The notes beneath the pieces are model-generated. The model made no database searches and was not told the DNA's origin. It saw nothing but the letters and a program-made list of their open reading frames with translations. A stretch of DNA of 64,000 nt from Pseudovirgaria hyperparasitica. Taxonomy: Eukaryota. The stretch lies in assembly GCA_010093815.1 (NCBI GenBank), contig ML996587.1. The stretch is one strand, 5' to 3'. Shown in pieces: positions 1 to 14,132 of this stretch. The position numbers and the translations under genes are program-made. Positions within the stretch are counted from its first letter, which is position 1. Each line of letters starts with the position of its first letter.

Positions 1-3000
1 GATAGTATACTAGTTAGTTTATATAAAGTTATTATAGTCTTATCTTATATACTATTAGAGTTATTATCTAGAAAAACTAGCCTTATAATCTTTTAGTATA
101 TCTTATAATATAATAGTCTATTTAGTAGTAGTTTAGTAAGGTAAGATTTATACTACTTATAACTATAAGTAGCTATAGTAGTATTCTTAAGTCTAAAGCT
201 ATAATAGTAGTAGATATTCTAGTAGTATTTAACTATTTACTTTAGTATTAACTCCTTAGTATAGAGCTTATATTTAGTATTATAGACTAGATTTAGATAT
301 TTCTATATATACTTACTAATTTTATTATTAAATAATCTTATAGTATACTTACCGTATTTATAAATTAACTTTATAGACTTAAGAAGATTAACTACCTTCT
401 CTAGAGGCCCTAGTTACTTAATTAGCTTATCTATCTAGTATAAGTACTATTCTAGTTCCCTATGGTTAGCTAGAGAATAAGCTAACTTACTTAGGCTAGG
501 TAGAAGACCTAGACGGTTAACTAAATTAGACTACTTAGACTTTTATTAAAATAACTAAGATAATATTTTTAAGATAGTTAAGGTTATCTTAAGAACTAGA
601 TAGAGCTATACTATAGTAGAATTACTATTAATTTCTTCCTTATCTAATAAGATAATGAGTTATTTCTTTATAAGCTTAGATTAGATAATAGAAGGCTCCT
701 TCTTAATAGATGGTTTTTTAAAAACTAGACTTTCTATAACTACTCTATTAAGACTCTATATCTTTTTAGTAGTACTTACTTTCTACTAAAAATCCTAGAA
801 TAATATAATATATATATCTAGGTTGCTCTTAACTTTAAAGAAGTCTTTAGTTATTAAAAGAGTATACTTAAATATAGGTTACTTATATCTATTTTTAACT
901 AGGTTAATACCTTTATTACTAATAAGTTTATAGAGAGTTTTAGTTTACTTAAGAAGTATTATATATAGATTATTTCTAGTAGCTATTAGTACTAACGTTG
1001 AAAATTATACCTAGATAGCTACTATAGTTCTCTAATTAACTATATTTACCCTAATTAATAAGGTTATATTATATAGCTATTAGTAGATATTAGTAAGATA
1101 GATGTTAGTCTAGATTAATTAGTTAATAATTCTTTTAACTATATTAAGGTTATATATATAGATATCTAATATAGTCGCTTTCTTATTATCTAGCTAATCT
1201 TTCTATAGAATTATAATTAGATTAAGTCTTTATATACTAGTTTTAAAATTAATTATATAACTTAATTTAGATATAAAAAGTAATAGATTACTAATATTTA
1301 GTACTAAGCTACCCGAGTTTGTTTACTATCTACTTAACTAACTATATAGTAAGCTAAAGTCTAAATTATTAGTAGTAGTTAGTAATATAAGTAACGTAGT
1401 ATATATATAACCTAATTATTAAGATTATACTATAATTAGATTATCTACTAGACTCTTTATAGTTAGTTATATAGCGCTTATAATCTTTAATAGTTACTTA
1501 GCTAAGATACTACTATCGTTATCTTCGTACCTATATACTAGATTAATATCTAAGGGTACTATCTAAGTATAATAGTCGGTTTTATTTACTATAAGTAGCT
1601 TATCTTTAATTATCTAGGGCTTAGAATAAGTCTTCTCTAGTATCTACTAATAATATAGTAGTAATATTACTACTCTACTAAGTATAAATTAATTAAAGAT
1701 AATTATAACCTTATTATTTAAAACGCTAGGGGCTCTATATAGAAGATATCTATTCTAAAACTATCCTTCTTTTAAGAATATAGCTAGCTAGTAGATACTA
1801 ACCTCGCCCTTTCTTATAATTTATTACTCTATTATTATTATAATAATTAGTAACTTTACTTAGTTAGATAGTTAGATATTTATAGATAGCTAAGTTATAT
1901 AGTTCTCTATAATATTAATAGAATAATCTATATAAAATAGCTATAAATTATATTTTAATAGGTACCGTTATTTAGTTATAGAGAAATTATCTACTACTAG
2001 TCTATTACTAGAGATCTATATAGATAGAGCTAACGATAAAGAGTATTCTATTACTATATATTCTAGAAGAATTAGTAGAAAAGCTTTTAATAAGCTAGAA
2101 AAATTCTTAGAATCTAACTAGTCTACTATTACGTTATATAGATCTATATAGAATAGTTAGTTAGCTAGTTTAATATTTACTTATATCTAAATCTTTTCTA
2201 TAGACTAATAGTAGTACTTTTTACCTACCTTTAGACGTAGATATAGAAGAATATTAGTTAGTTTAGATTAAGTATAACTATTATAAGTCTACTAAATTAA
2301 TATACTAGGTCTTATAAGAATAAAGCTAGTTATATATAGTAATTAGTTAATATTATAGAGTATTTATAGATTAGTAATTATAAATAGTAGACTATATAGT
2401 TAGCTTAACTATAGTACTCGTTTTTAGTTAATAGATCTAGATCTAGTACTAATCTTCAAGTAAATAATATAAGGAAGTACTTAATAGTTATATATCTATA
2501 AAATACTTTAGTAAATATATATATTATAATACTACTTATTATAATAGATATTAATAGCTCTCTATCTACGACGGCTAGAGACGGATAGATATTATAACTT
2601 TAAGTAGTTATTAATCTAGCTAGGCTCCTAGTAGACTATTTCTATAAACTTATCTAAGGTTATATTCCTTAACTAAGTCTAATAGAAGTATACTTTACCG
2701 GATCTACTAACCGAATTCTAGACTATTACTATATACTATTATCTAGTATTTAATAGTTAGTTTATAATTATACCTAATCTAAATATAGCGCTAATTATAG
2801 ATAGCTATTACTATCTACTTATTTATAATAGTAAGTAGATGTATATCTTCTCTATAGTTAAAGTAGTTAAGTTCCTTTAGAAATAGTTCTAACTATTTAA
2901 TAGATATTACTAGATATATTTTCTATATCTCTAGTAGCTCTAGTTTATATATCTAATAGTCTACTATATATTTAATTGGTACTAGTCTAACTCGCTATTA

Positions 3001-6000
3001 GCTAAGCTTATAATAAGTATCTAGAATCTTATACCCTTTATATAGTTAAATATAGATCTAGTTACTAGAAGTAAGGTCTAGTAGAGACGTATAGCGTCTA
3101 TTAAAACGCTCCTTTATATATATCTAGATGAATATTAGTATATCTAACGTCTCTTTTTAGTTTATATTATACTTTTACATATAATTATTTACTTCTATTA
3201 AACTAGTCTTCTTAAATAGAGTACCTTTAGATAGTTAGAAGCTATATACTATCTTATTTAGAGATTTTTATATTAAGGCGTTTATTAAATTATTTATAAG
3301 CCGGTAGACTAATAGAATATCGATTATCTAATCTATGGCTAGTAATATTAAAATAAGAAAACATAGGGTAATCTCTACTATTTAGTTCGTATATTTACTT
3401 TAACTATTACTCTATTTATAATAAGTAGTTAATACTAGGAATTTAGTACTAATACCCTCGAAAATTCCTTTCTAAAATAATAATGGGAATTTTTAGTCTC
3501 TATTATAAATAATTATAGCTAGAACTCTCTATTCTAGTAGTATACTTCTTCTAAATATAGTTATCTATTATATAGTAGTCTAGTTATTCCGGCCTAGAAT
3601 AAGGTAGATTCGCTTAGTAAACTTATCTATTATAGTAAGTAGTATATTAAGTCTATTCTATATTAGTAGTCTAAGAATAAAGTCTATTATAATTATATAA
3701 AATGGTATTAGTAGTAACTAGACTAGCTTTAATTTACTATATAGTATATATCTTTATATTTAGTAAGTTTTATAGATAGAATAGTACTAAATATAGTACT
3801 TTAGACGCTTTATAAGCTAATAAATAAAGTAGTCTACACGAATTTAATTATATACTTAGAAAAAACCTATATAAGCGCTTTTATTATAGAATTAAGCGAA
3901 AATATCTCTATTAAGTAATTTTAGTATATAGATCTAATATCATCTATTAAGTTAATTAATAAAATAAATTATACTATTAGTAAATTAAAAAGGAATTAGT
4001 TAGATAATATTATTATTCTAGTCTAGTACTATAGCTTTTATACTTATCTAGTACTTATTATTATTATATATATTAGCTAGTTACCTTATAAATTTAGAGT
4101 TAATTTTAACTATTATAATATTAAATATTAAGAGCTCCTTAAGAATATCTAAGTCTCTTAGCTAGACTCTATTATAGATCTAATAGAGCTAAGAAAGAGC
4201 GTTAGATACTACGTACTCTTTATCTAGTCTATATTTAAGCTCTAGGTTAAACTATAATAGATACTATAAGGTCTATACTAGTTAGAGATTTAGCTTATTA
4301 ACTAATAAGCTTATAAGTACTATCTACTAAATAATACTTAAAGTAGCTACATAGTTAGTAATAATAATTATTAGTTAGTCTAAACTATTAACTATATAGT
4401 ATATTTAGTATATAGTCTATACGACCGCTACTACTTTAAGCTCTATTAGCTAGTACTATAACTTAGCTATAGAGAGTTCTTTACTAAGGTATAGAATAGA
4501 CTTAATATCTAATTATCTAATCTTTATAATATCGCCCGCTTCTTCTTTAATATAGTAAGTAAAGACTCTAAAGCTATACTTTAATATATTATTATCTATA
4601 TAGAGCTATTATTTTAGATTATAGTAGATAAGCTTAGTCTTATCTATAAAGACGGCCTAAATACTCTTCTAGAATACTAGTAGCTAGTCTATTTAAGTAA
4701 TCTTTATTTATTTATAGTATACTATATATATATATATATTCCGCTAAAGATACTTCTTTAAGAAGACGTGTTTTCTCTATCTATAGATTCTAGGTAAGTT
4801 AAGTATAATATAGTATATATTACTATAACTAACTAGTTAGTCTAAGGTAGTATTTAAGCTTATTAAGCGTATTAGAATACTAAAGATTATATATAGCTAC
4901 TAATTTCTTAGCTATAGTAGAGAGTCTATAAGTATTAACCTTCTAACTAAGTAGGGTAATAGATAGGTATTCTAAGTAATACTTTTTATCTTTAAGTATT
5001 AAGTTTCTTACTTATAGTATAGTAAATACTTACTAAAGGTAGTTAAGATACTTATTAAGTTCCTTACTAAATATAGAAATATTATTAATATATACTATAG
5101 TAAATACCTTATATCTAGCTTCGTATAAGATCTTATTAATCTACCTCTATATATATAGTAGAGAGTTATAGAAACCTATTAGAATAATATTTAACTACTT
5201 CTAGCCTTAGTATAATATAAATATTAGTTTATAATAGTCTTTCTTAGTAACCGGCTACTAGTAGAAGAAGCTAGCTATATTAATAATAGATATAAACTTC
5301 TTTCTAGCCGTATATTAGATAATATTACCCTTAAGTGATAATAGATAGAAGTTCTTAATACTAATTTTATTTAGGTCTCTTATATCTCTAACTACCTAAC
5401 TAGTGTCTTTGCGTAATATCTAGGTAAGTAATTTTACTATAGAGTATATAATAAATTCTAGAAAACTAAATAGTATTAAGTATATTAGATATTCTATATA
5501 ACCTTATATATAAAGCTTATTATATATCTTATTAATAATAGTCTTACTACTTACCCCTAATAGATAGATATAGTAGCTTAGCTTTATACTAGCCGTTTTC
5601 TAGTTACTTACTAGAGGAATATATATCTAATTCTTCTCTAGAATATTTATAAGTCTAGTATTATAAAATAAGCTAGTATAACTTCGGATAATATTATTAA
5701 ACTTCTAGATAGCTACTTTATCTTTAGTATAAATTTTTACTCTAAACGCGCCTATCTATTTAACTTTATTAAGCTAAGTAAGCTTTATAGATAATCCCTC
5801 TATACTATCTAAAGAGACTACTTTAGTCTAAAATATATAGAGAGTATCTATTTTATCTATTAATATACTAAGTCTTATATTTTTATTTTTATATACTAAT
5901 CTAAATCCATAGTTTATAATAAATATATATACTATATTTTAGTTAGTAAGATATATATAGACGTCTCTACCTTAACTAAGTCTTATACTTATATATATTA

Positions 6001-8370
6001 GAGTAAATATATAATCTTCTATAGCTAACTTATACTAGTAATAGATTATAATTAGAACTAGTATAAGTATTTATAGCTAGAGAATAGTATACTATAAAAT
6101 GGTTACTCCCTAGTATACTACTAGTTAAATAGTAGTAGTAAAGGTTAGTATAGTAATCCTACTATATATACCGATAGTTATTATATATATACTTATATAG
6201 ATATCTATCTTTTAAGATACTATAAGATCTATTCTAAGAAGGAGATCTATCTATAGATAGTTAAGGATATATACCTTATATATTACTTTTATAGTTATAG
6301 TAGTTAAACTATTAGACGTTTAGCCTAGAAGGAATAGTATAATAACTATAAATTTAGTTAACTTTATAGGCTTAACTCCCTCTACTTCCTAAATAGAAAT
6401 AGCTAGTTAGATAAGTATTTAGGTATTAGAGTTCTACTATTTAAGAAAAGCTTAGTTAATTAGTATTACTACGCTTTCTATATCTAGGTAGATATATTTA
6501 ATAGGGCTATTAAGACTAAGTAAGGCCTTAACTTAGATATAGTATAATTCTTTATATACTTACCTAGTATCTAGTAGACTATTAATTAATAATAGTACTA
6601 TATTACCCTAGAGATTATAATATATAATATCCGATCTTAGAACTATATAATTATATAGAGGAACTTTAGCCTTTACTATTATCTTAAGGTACTTTCTATT
6701 CTTAAGGTACTTAAATAGCTTATTTTATAATAGAAATACCTTATTATAAATATTATATTAGATCTAGTATACTAGGTATATATTAGTTACTTAGTATACT
6801 ATAAATTATAAAGGTAGACTCTTATTAATATTACTAGGTAGTAGATTAAGGCTAGTAAGGCTAGTTTTATTACTAAACTATACTAGTTTAATAGTATCTA
6901 TATTAGTTAGTCTAAGGTAGAAGAAAGCTTCTTTAACCCCTATATAGTAAGTATCTTTAATATCTAGATTATATAATTCTTTCTAAATATTATATACTTA
7001 GTAGAATAGTTATAGTAGTTAGATAAATCGTCTATTATTACTAAGAGACTAAGACTAGCTAGTATAGAGCTTATTAGTTATTCTAGAACTAGTAGAATAA
7101 TCTATAGAAGCGCTAGTTATAGCTAGTAGCTAATATATATTAGCTAATATCTTTTAACTATCTTTATCTAAACCTTCTACTTCTTATTAGAACTACTATA
7201 GAGGGTAGAACTAGTATAAGTTATAATATTAATTAGATTAATTAGTTATAAGATAATAGCTATTAGACTAGCTCTAGTCTTAATAGTTACTAACTAGTTA
7301 AGGTAAGTTATAGTAATAAGAACTATTATATTAACTATCTTCTCTTTCTTATTAAGTAAATTAACTTAAAGTACTATACTATATACTACTAAGATAATAG
7401 TAGATAAGTTAGTACTATTCTTTACGTTTTACTTATAGAGTTTATATAAATTAGACTAGAGATATAGATTCTATTAGTAGAGATAGACCCTAGTAAAGAA
7501 GAATATTAATACTATTCTATATAAATATCTAAGCGTTTTAGCTAGAAGGGTCTAATAGTTATATAGTACTATAGTTATAAGCTATAGTATATATATATAA
7601 AGTAACGTTAGCTTAGAAGCGGGCCTATTAGAGAGTATATCTTTATATTATAAGAGATAATAGAGTATTAGATAATAGCTACTTAAACTACTTAATTAAG
7701 GCCGTAGTCTAGATATCTAAATTAGATAAGTAATAGAGCGCTTTCTTCTTAAGATTAGATAATTCTAATATAAACTACTTAAGGGTATATCCTTATAGAT
7801 ACTAGGAGATTTTTAACTTGATAGTTTTAGTTCCTCTAGCTATAGTAGCGTCTTTAATCCGGTTAAGAAAGATATATATACTATATATATATATATTCTA
7901 ACTAGTAAAAATAATATCTCTATCTCTAAAGCTATAATCTAAATTAGACTAGAAGAATCTAATTTCTTATATTCTAAACTCTTAACCGTCCTTATTATTA
8001 TTAAATAGTAGGTTTTTACTACTATCTATTAGATTTTAATTATTATTCTATAAAATACCTACCTACTAAGTAAGAGTCTACTAGATTATAGCTATAATTA
8101 TAGCTTACTACCTTACTATAAAGTCCCTATTATTAGTTATTAGGGCCCTAGCTAGTATACTACTATTACTAGCGTCTATATCTATCTAATATAGTATAGT
8201 ATATTCTACTAAAGTACTAGTACGTTTAGGGTAGTTAGATATAGTAGCTTCTATACTAGAGCTTACTATATAATTAACTAAGTCTAATAAGCTTAAGAAC
8301 ACCCTAGGGAGTCTAATAGTTAATAGATACTAAGCTTAAATTAATAGATTATTTAGAAATATATTATACA
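1..8370 (-). mobile_element. RIP-degenerate Ty3/Gypsy LTR retrotransposon (family G1); left end probably outside the window
   Basis: De-RIPed minus-strand reading gives protease (Y)ICLDTGSAVTLID at ~6450-6500 and RT VYIDDI at ~5078-5095. RNase H LYVDNDASK..GFG / ILYLSKELS.AE..YWPTELEVAAVVW lies at ~4400-4620, and integrase DKFTKRIHLIPG and DRD at ~3490-3630. The order PR-RT-RH-IN is Gypsy-type. A possible LTR start (TG on minus) is at 8370; both boundaries are uncertain. Confidence 0.75.
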
Positions 8371-11300
8371 CCTCTTATAATACTAGATAATTTATTAACT
8401 ACTATAGTAGAAAAGACTTAGTAGCTAGCCTTCTACTTTATAAAGAACGTTCTAGAGTAGAGAATAGTAGATAGTTAGTAATAAGATAATTAAGTACTAT
8501 CTTAAGTAGTAGTAGATTTCTAAACGTCTATTAATTAACTTATCTATAACTAAATAGTTAATACTCTAGAAGAACTAAGTCCTCTAGTAGTAATATAAGC
8601 TATTATTATAAGCGGCTAGTAAGAGTATAGAAAATATAAAATTACTAGTATCTAGTATATAATAGAAAACTTTTTAAGCTAAATAGTAAAATATAGAAGT
8701 AATAGAGTTATAGATATCTAGTTTAATCTATATATAGTCTTATAATTAGTAAGTAGAGTATTCTTAAGCTCTAGAGAGTTAAGTTTATAGTAATATAATA
8801 AGTATATTCTACTTATACCGTATACTAGGAGGAGAATATTCTACTAGTCTATTATAAAGTAGTTAATATAGATAGTATAGTAGAGAGAAGGTCGCTTAAA
8901 CTAGTAACAATTCTAGTATTACTATATTAATAAAGATAGTCTAGTAAAGAGGACTTAGTATTCGAAGTATATAAACTAGTAGATACTAAGTTTTAGCTAC
9001 TACTTTATTAAGATTATTAATAAGTTAATTTAAATTAGTTATAAAGTATACTATTTTCTATCTATATATTCGGTTAGTTATATTTATATATCTAACCGGT
9101 TCGCTACTACCTATAGTAATTATATATAATATATACTACTACTATAGCTATAATAATATATAAATCTCTTTTTAATCTCTAAGAAGAAAACTATAAAGAT
9201 TAAGTAAGTTAAAATTATATATCTATTAGAGATTAAAGATAATCTTATAGAGTCTAAGAATAAATACTTAGAAAATACTTAATTTCTACTTAGAGCTAGA
9301 AATAGAGAGTAGATTATTTATTAGTAGAAGAAGAGACTAAGTTCTAAAGTATAATAGATAGAAACCTTATATATATAGATATAGTCTTTAAGAAAGCTAT
9401 TAGAACTTTTATATTTATTTATAAAAACTATTAGTACTATATATTATAATCTAAGAAGATCTTATAGAACGTCTTAGACTTTTATATAAATTTTTTAGAG
9501 AATATATAATAAAGAAAATAATATATACTATAATAATAATATTATTATTATTATATAACTAGATAGAGTAATACTCTATAGATCTATATCTTCTCTAGTC
9601 TAAGCTACTATATAAGAAGAAATCTAGTAAGAAAAACTTTCTTATTCTAATAATAATATCTTATTAAACCTTTATTTCTTCTTAAGTATATAGCTATAGA
9701 GTATATCTATTAGTCTATAGTATATATTATTATAATTTTACCCTTAGATAGTATATATAGATATAAAGGTTATTAGTTAAGAGCTACCCTTAACTAATAA
9801 CTAGGGTTTATCTAGAGTTCTTCTAGTATATACTAGATTTCTTCTAATATATACTAGGTCTCTTCTTATATATATTTTTAGATCTATTAGAATTAGAGAA
9901 GTAATAGATATATAAGTATCTACTAGATAATATTTTTAGAATACTTATTAAGTTATTATATAATATTAGAGATTCTTATTATATAGATAAATATTTATCT
10001 TTATATATAAAGATTAGAGTATATTATAAGAAAGTAGTATATTATATCTCTCTAGCTATATATCTTATACTATAGAGATATATTAGAAATATCTCTCTTT
10101 TAGAAGTAGTATAAAAATTATATAATATCTATTTAGACTTAGAGAAGTATAGATATCTAGGTCTCTATAAACCCTTTATATATCTATTTACTTAGCTTCT
10201 TCTATAGTTCTTAGATTTACTCTAGATATCTATACTATTAGAAGATCTACTAGACTTAGAGTATCTCTTTATACTTATCTTAGATCTATAACTATATACT
10301 TTATCTAAGTATTTAAAGATTCTATTAGTTTAAAAGAGTATCTAGATTATTTCTAATCTCTTATACTATAATAGATATAACTAAGATATTACTATAATAG
10401 TAGACTAAAATATATTATAATTTAACTTTAAGAAGTAGAAATAAATCTATATAGACTATAGCTTAAGTATATAGTTTAAGTAAGATTATATAATATCTCT
10501 ATTCTAGTTCTATCTATCTTAGCTTTATTATATAATACTAGAGATAAAATAAAGCTAAAGTCTATAATATATACTACTTAGTTTAAGTCTATTTCTATTA
10601 GATACTTATACTAAAGTAAAATTAAGTCTACATATAGAAGTACTTAGTAGTATATACTACCTTATATATATAGTATAGTAAAGGTATATTCTATATTTTC
10701 TATATGTTTCTATACTTATTATTTAGAAAAGTATACTACTCTCTATATCTAGTAAAAATCTTATATACTTCTTATATTTATCTTACGTTATAGTAGTACT
10801 ATATTAGTAGCTTTATATATACTAGATATAAGATACTAGAGTATATAGTTCTATATAGATTTAAGTTTTATTTATCTAGTCTATATAAGAGCTATATACT
10901 AGTACTTATATCTATATATAAAAGTAGATTATATTATAAAGATATATAGCTAGTATACTTTATTCTAGGTAGTTCTCTATATAGAGACTATAATCTAGTA
11001 TATAGTAGCTTCGGTCTTAAGGGCCCTAGATATAATATATATTATCTATAGTCTCTATTTAAGTTTATTATTAATTATTATACTAAGTATATATATACTC
11101 TATATTAGTAGTTTAGAGAAGATATCTAATATAGAGTATTATTTACTATCTCTAGTAGTCTATCTTCTATAATAGTTAATAAAGTATATAAGTTAGTATT
11201 TTTTAGAGATTAACTTTACTCTATAGTACTTTATCTATTAGATATATCTCTTATAGTCTTATTTAAGATACTTATATATTAGACTAGTATTATTATTAAT

Positions 11301-12796
11301 AGCTAGAAGATACATATTATCTATATATTCTACTATCTCTATATATTATATTCTCTATAGAAGATCTATAGTAAAGAAGAGAAAAAGAATTAGAGAGATA
11401 GTATTTTCTTATAGAATACTATATATTATTTTCTTATACTTACTTTAGTATCTAGGAATATATATCTAGATAATTCTTTTAGTAAGAAAGAACTATATAA
11501 ACTTTATAATCTATTTAGATATATATCTCTTCTATAGATTATAGATAAGTCTTATATAGTTTACTTTATTAAATATATTAGCTATATTAAGAGAGAGTAG
11601 TATTATTATATATCTCTACTTCTATATAGTCTAGATAACTTCTAGAATATATTAGATAATAGTAATTAGTAAGCTTCTAGTCTCTATCTTCTAGTTTACT
11701 AGAAGAAGATTATATTTCTATACTATAATACTTATCTTCTTTATAATTATAGTCTTAAGTATCTTACTAAGATAGAAGAGAAGGGTTATTAGTTTCTATC
11801 CTTTTAGAGAATTAGAATTCTTCTCTAGATTTAGAAGTATAATAATATAGATAGTCTAGAAACTTTAGAGATAGTATCTATTTTTAATATATATCTAGAA
11901 GATAAGACTAATAAGTAGTAGAGTTATCTATATAGTATATTTAAGGTATCTATTTAGTATTCTATCTAGTCTAGATACTTTATTATTTAGAAGTACTTTA
12001 ATAGTATTAAGTATATTCTTCTCTATAACCTTCTTAGAGATATTAATTATATCTAGATATATAGTACTATTAATATCTAATAGGTCTACTAGCTCTAGAG
12101 GGGGAAATATAACTTTATATAGAATTTCTATCTTTTCTAGACTTATAATATATATTTCTCTCTAGTATATTAGAGAAGATATTAGTAGTAGTAGTACTAG
12201 TATATCTATACTCTTAGTCTACTTTACTATATACTATAGTTCTATAGCTTATTATATATATTTAGTAGTAATTATATACTATTATTTATATTATTTATTA
12301 TAGAGAACCCTATTATAGAATTAGATAGTCTCCTTCTATTTCTTCTATACTTTAGTTATTACTATTATTAATATTAAAGAGAAAAAACTTCTTATACCCT
12401 AACGGACTAAACTAGTTAATTCGGGGTAAAACAGCGATTTACATACATCAAATGATAGAGCATACCGAGTATAATAACCTCCGACATACGTGCGTACGTA
12501 TAGCGTATAATACACGACGATACTAACGTATAGAGACACTATATATATACGCTTAAAGACTCTTCGATAACACGAGCATAGACTATATCTAATAAATACC
12601 GACACGCCGACCCCCTTTTATTAGTTAAGGGCTACCCTTAACTAATAATTATAGCGGCCTTAGGCACCGACGTACCTCGGCTTCCACTAGGTATACCCCT
12701 AATACTAGTACGGTAGAAACGGCTATATAGCGGCATATTCTAGGACGATTAAACCCCCGTCTAATAAACGACGAATAACTAAGGGCGTATAATACT

Positions 12797-14132
12797 ATAG
12801 ATAATAGAGACGGAGGGGACCCCGCCCGGGGAGACCCTTCTAGATAAGATTAACTACTAGATAGCACGTATAGAGGGGGAAGTCGAGAAGGGAGAAACGG
12901 CCCTCCTTAGTATCTTCCGGAACCTTATCTAGAATATTAGAGAGCTTACCATAGGAGTAAAACAGGCGCCGGAACTAGACCCGGAATCTAGACTAGATTA
13001 TATAGAGGCTAGCCTATAGAGGATCTAGGAGGGCCTTATCTAGGGAAAACGCCCTAGTACGTGGGCATAGATCGCCGCACCTATAAGCGGAACAGCCATA
13101 TTAGCTAAAATACTAAGGGCACCTACGGACGGGGCATATAGTATACGAGTTACTATCTAGAATAAAGAAGTACTCATATAAGTCTAGTAAGCGTCCCTAA
13201 AGGACATTATAAATAAGATTAACGAATAGAAAGGGATATAGTTAAATATAGTGGCCGCCAAACTCACCCTAGAAGGTATAGTACTAACTACTACTACTAA
13301 CACGGCCTAGTAGACTATCTTGCGCGACCCGAACGCGATTAACGACATCTTCCCTAGCGTGTCCGTCCACGTAACCACGTACCCGATATAGATATATACT
13401 ATCTCTATCTAAGGACACGTTATTAGAGAAGACGATATCGAGCGAATAGAGTAATCTAATAAACCGAAGTACCCTAGGATTAAGATCGCGAAGGCGTAGT
13501 AGAAGAACGTCTAGGGGATTAAGATAAAATTAAAAAAGTACTCTACTATAATAGTAGAGCTTAGGGACCCCGCTCTCGCCTATAGAATAACGTAGGAGGG
13601 CTTCCTAGCCGAAGGAGAGCTACTTACGGCGGAACCATAGAATAGGGCATAGGTAATGACGCAATGCTTCAACTATTAAGAATATAGACATACTAGGCAG
13701 AGGTGCTCTTAGAAGACCGCCTATAGGTAGTATAAATAGGGCTATAATACTAAGGAATGCCCTTATAAGACGCAGAGCGACGAGACGCGAGATAGGGACA
13801 TCGCTAAGTACTCTAACTACGACGGGAAACATCTATCCTAGTCGGTAACGTACACGAAACGTAAGTAGGTCGTAGAATATATTAACGCGATAAAGACAAG
13901 AGGAGTAAGATAGATATACTAAGCCATAAGGCCCTCGCTACCCTCGCCGCTATCCCTAACTTTACTTATAAATCTAGTAACTACCCCCCGAAGAGGAGAG
14001 GATAACACGTAATAGTATACTATATAGAGAAAGATAGGCCGACCCCGGGGTATACTCAAAGCTGCTACCGCGCGAGAATAATCACGCCTTAGCGCTACTA
14101 ATATATAGACTTAAACTTTCTCTAGCACCTAA
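12797..14132 (+). pseudogene. LINE ORF1 (gag-like, 3 zinc knuckles), RIP-disrupted
   Basis: De-RIPed QCFNCQEYGH....C, CGWCKQGH....C and CLNCDGKH.SW...C at ~13660-13855. The many TAA/TAG stops are consistent with CAA/CAG/TGG mutation. Start is approximate. Confidence 0.85.

Noticed and set aside
12397..12402. CCCTAA near the LINE 5' end as telomere targeting
   Set aside because: Single unit, internal to the family 5' UTR, and not conserved in other copies.
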